Part shown: positions 63,112 through 64,000 of the stretch, piece after piece
How positions within the stretch are numbered: position 1 is the first letter of the stretch
Layout of the letters: every line of letters begins with the position of its first letter
Assembly: GCA_963717935.1 (NCBI GenBank)
Contig: CAVQXP010000004.1
Span: forward strand, 1,792,001-1,856,000
From: Candidatus Eiseniibacteriota bacterium
GTDB taxonomy: Bacteria > Eisenbacteria > RBG-16-71-46
Length of the DNA stretch: 64,000 nt
Direction: 5' to 3'
Notes under the pieces: model-generated
Databases searched by the model: none
The model's input: only the letters and a program-made list of their open reading frames with translations
Told to the model about the DNA's origin: nothing
Translations under genes and position numbers: made by a program

Positions 63112-64000
63112 ATGCGGCGACGATCGCGTCTCTGTGCCGTAGCGGTGCTGCTGGCTGCGAGCGCCAGCGCCGCTCCCGCGGTCCGGGGCGCGCCCGACAG
63201 CACCGCGCCGGCGGCCCCCGAGACCACGGCCACCGCCCGCCCGGATCCCGTCGGCGCGGACACGCTCGCGCTGAGACTGCGACCGGTGCAGACGCTCGGG
63301 AACGCCGGTGGCGAGCGCGCCGTGCTGGTCGAGCCCAGCGGCATCGCGGTCGACGCCTTCGGGCGCATCTACGTCACCGACGCCTCCCAGCACCGGCTCG
63401 TGCGCCTCGACGCCCGCGGGACGTGGCTCGGCGAAGCGGGCGCACTGGGCAGCGATCCGGGCGACCTGCGCCGCCCGGCCGGCGTGACCGCCATGGGCTC
63501 GCTCGGCGTCGCGGTCCTCGACCGCGAGAACCGGCGTGTCGTGCTCTACGACCTGTTCGGACGGCTGCTGGGCGTGCTCACGGATTTCGCCGCACTCGAG
63601 GACGAGCTCGGCCGCGTGGATCCGGTGGCGCTCACGGCCGACCGCGGCGGCGCGCTCTACGTCGCCGACGCGGACCGCGACCGCGTGCTGGTGCTGGACT
63701 TCTCCGGCCGCTACGTGCGCGCGCTGGGCGGCTTCGGGCCGGGTGCGGGGTCGTTCCGCGGCCTGGCGGGGCTCGGCGCGAGCCCGCGCGGCGAGCTGGT
63801 GACGGCGGAGCGCGCGGGTGCGCGCGTGCAACGCCTCGACGCGGCCGGCAGCCCGCTGGCCGCCTGGCCGCTCCCGGTTCGACGGGGCCGCGGTCGGCTG
63901 GCCGTGGCGGTGGACGACTCCCTGCGCATCGCGGTGGCGGACGAGGCGTCCGGCGAGCTGTGGATCTTCGACCTCGCCGGCCGTCTGCTGGGCGCGCGCG
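63112..64000 (+). CDS. Exported NHL-repeat beta-propeller protein (runs off the window)
   Basis: Signal peptide; EPSGIAVDAFGRIYVTD, RPAGV...DRENRRV and LYVADADRDRV repeats. Confidence 0.85.
   Translation, partial: MRRRSRLCAVAVLLAASASAAPAVRGAPDSTAPAAPETTATARPDPVGADTLALRLRPVQTLGNAGGERAVLVEPSGIAVDAFGRIYVTDASQHRLVRLDARGTWLGEAGALGSDPGDLRRPAGVTAMGSLGVAVLDRENRRVVLYDLFGRLLGVLTDFAALEDELGRVDPVALTADRGGALYVADADRDRVLVLDFSGRYVRALGGFGPGAGSFRGLAGLGASPRGELVTAERAGARVQRLDAAGSPLAAWPLPVRRGRGRLAVAVDDSLRIAVADEASGELWIFDLAGRLLGAR

Overview
High-GC bacterial chromosomal window. The gene repertoire (PorU/PorV-like pair, Omp28/DUF6029 cluster, many FlgD-Ig/T9SS-type C-terminal domains) suggests a non-Bacteroidetes FCB-group organism such as Ca. 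Eisenbacteria; this is inference only. The left ~31 kb holds redox/metabolic genes (flavodiiron protein, cysteine desulfurase-like protein, 2-oxoacid:ferredoxin oxidoreductase, cysteine synthase), a HEAT/HD-GYP pair, a catalytically degenerate hybrid kinase with a 4x87-bp repeat, a Gtr-like glycosylation cluster, an MshEN-type PilB/GspE ATPase and a CxxC-rich Omp28-Omp28-TlpA-DUF6029 operon. Roughly 31-39 kb is an island-like segment with rlmN, one intact IS3-family element, several IS3 scars and a large serine recombinase whose C-terminus is encoded antisense to tRNA-Glu. The right ~25 kb is core-like: ExeA-SPOR, pyrE, S8 and M23 peptidases, dnaE, accA and Trm112, followed directly by a PorU-like C25 protein, a PorV-like barrel, an M6 metalloprotease and three uncharacterised exported proteins. 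The best candidate for an under-described system is this T9SS-like sorting/attachment locus together with five C-terminal-domain cargo genes across the window. Four apparent single-base frameshifts are probably assembly errors. No CRISPR array or rRNA was seen.
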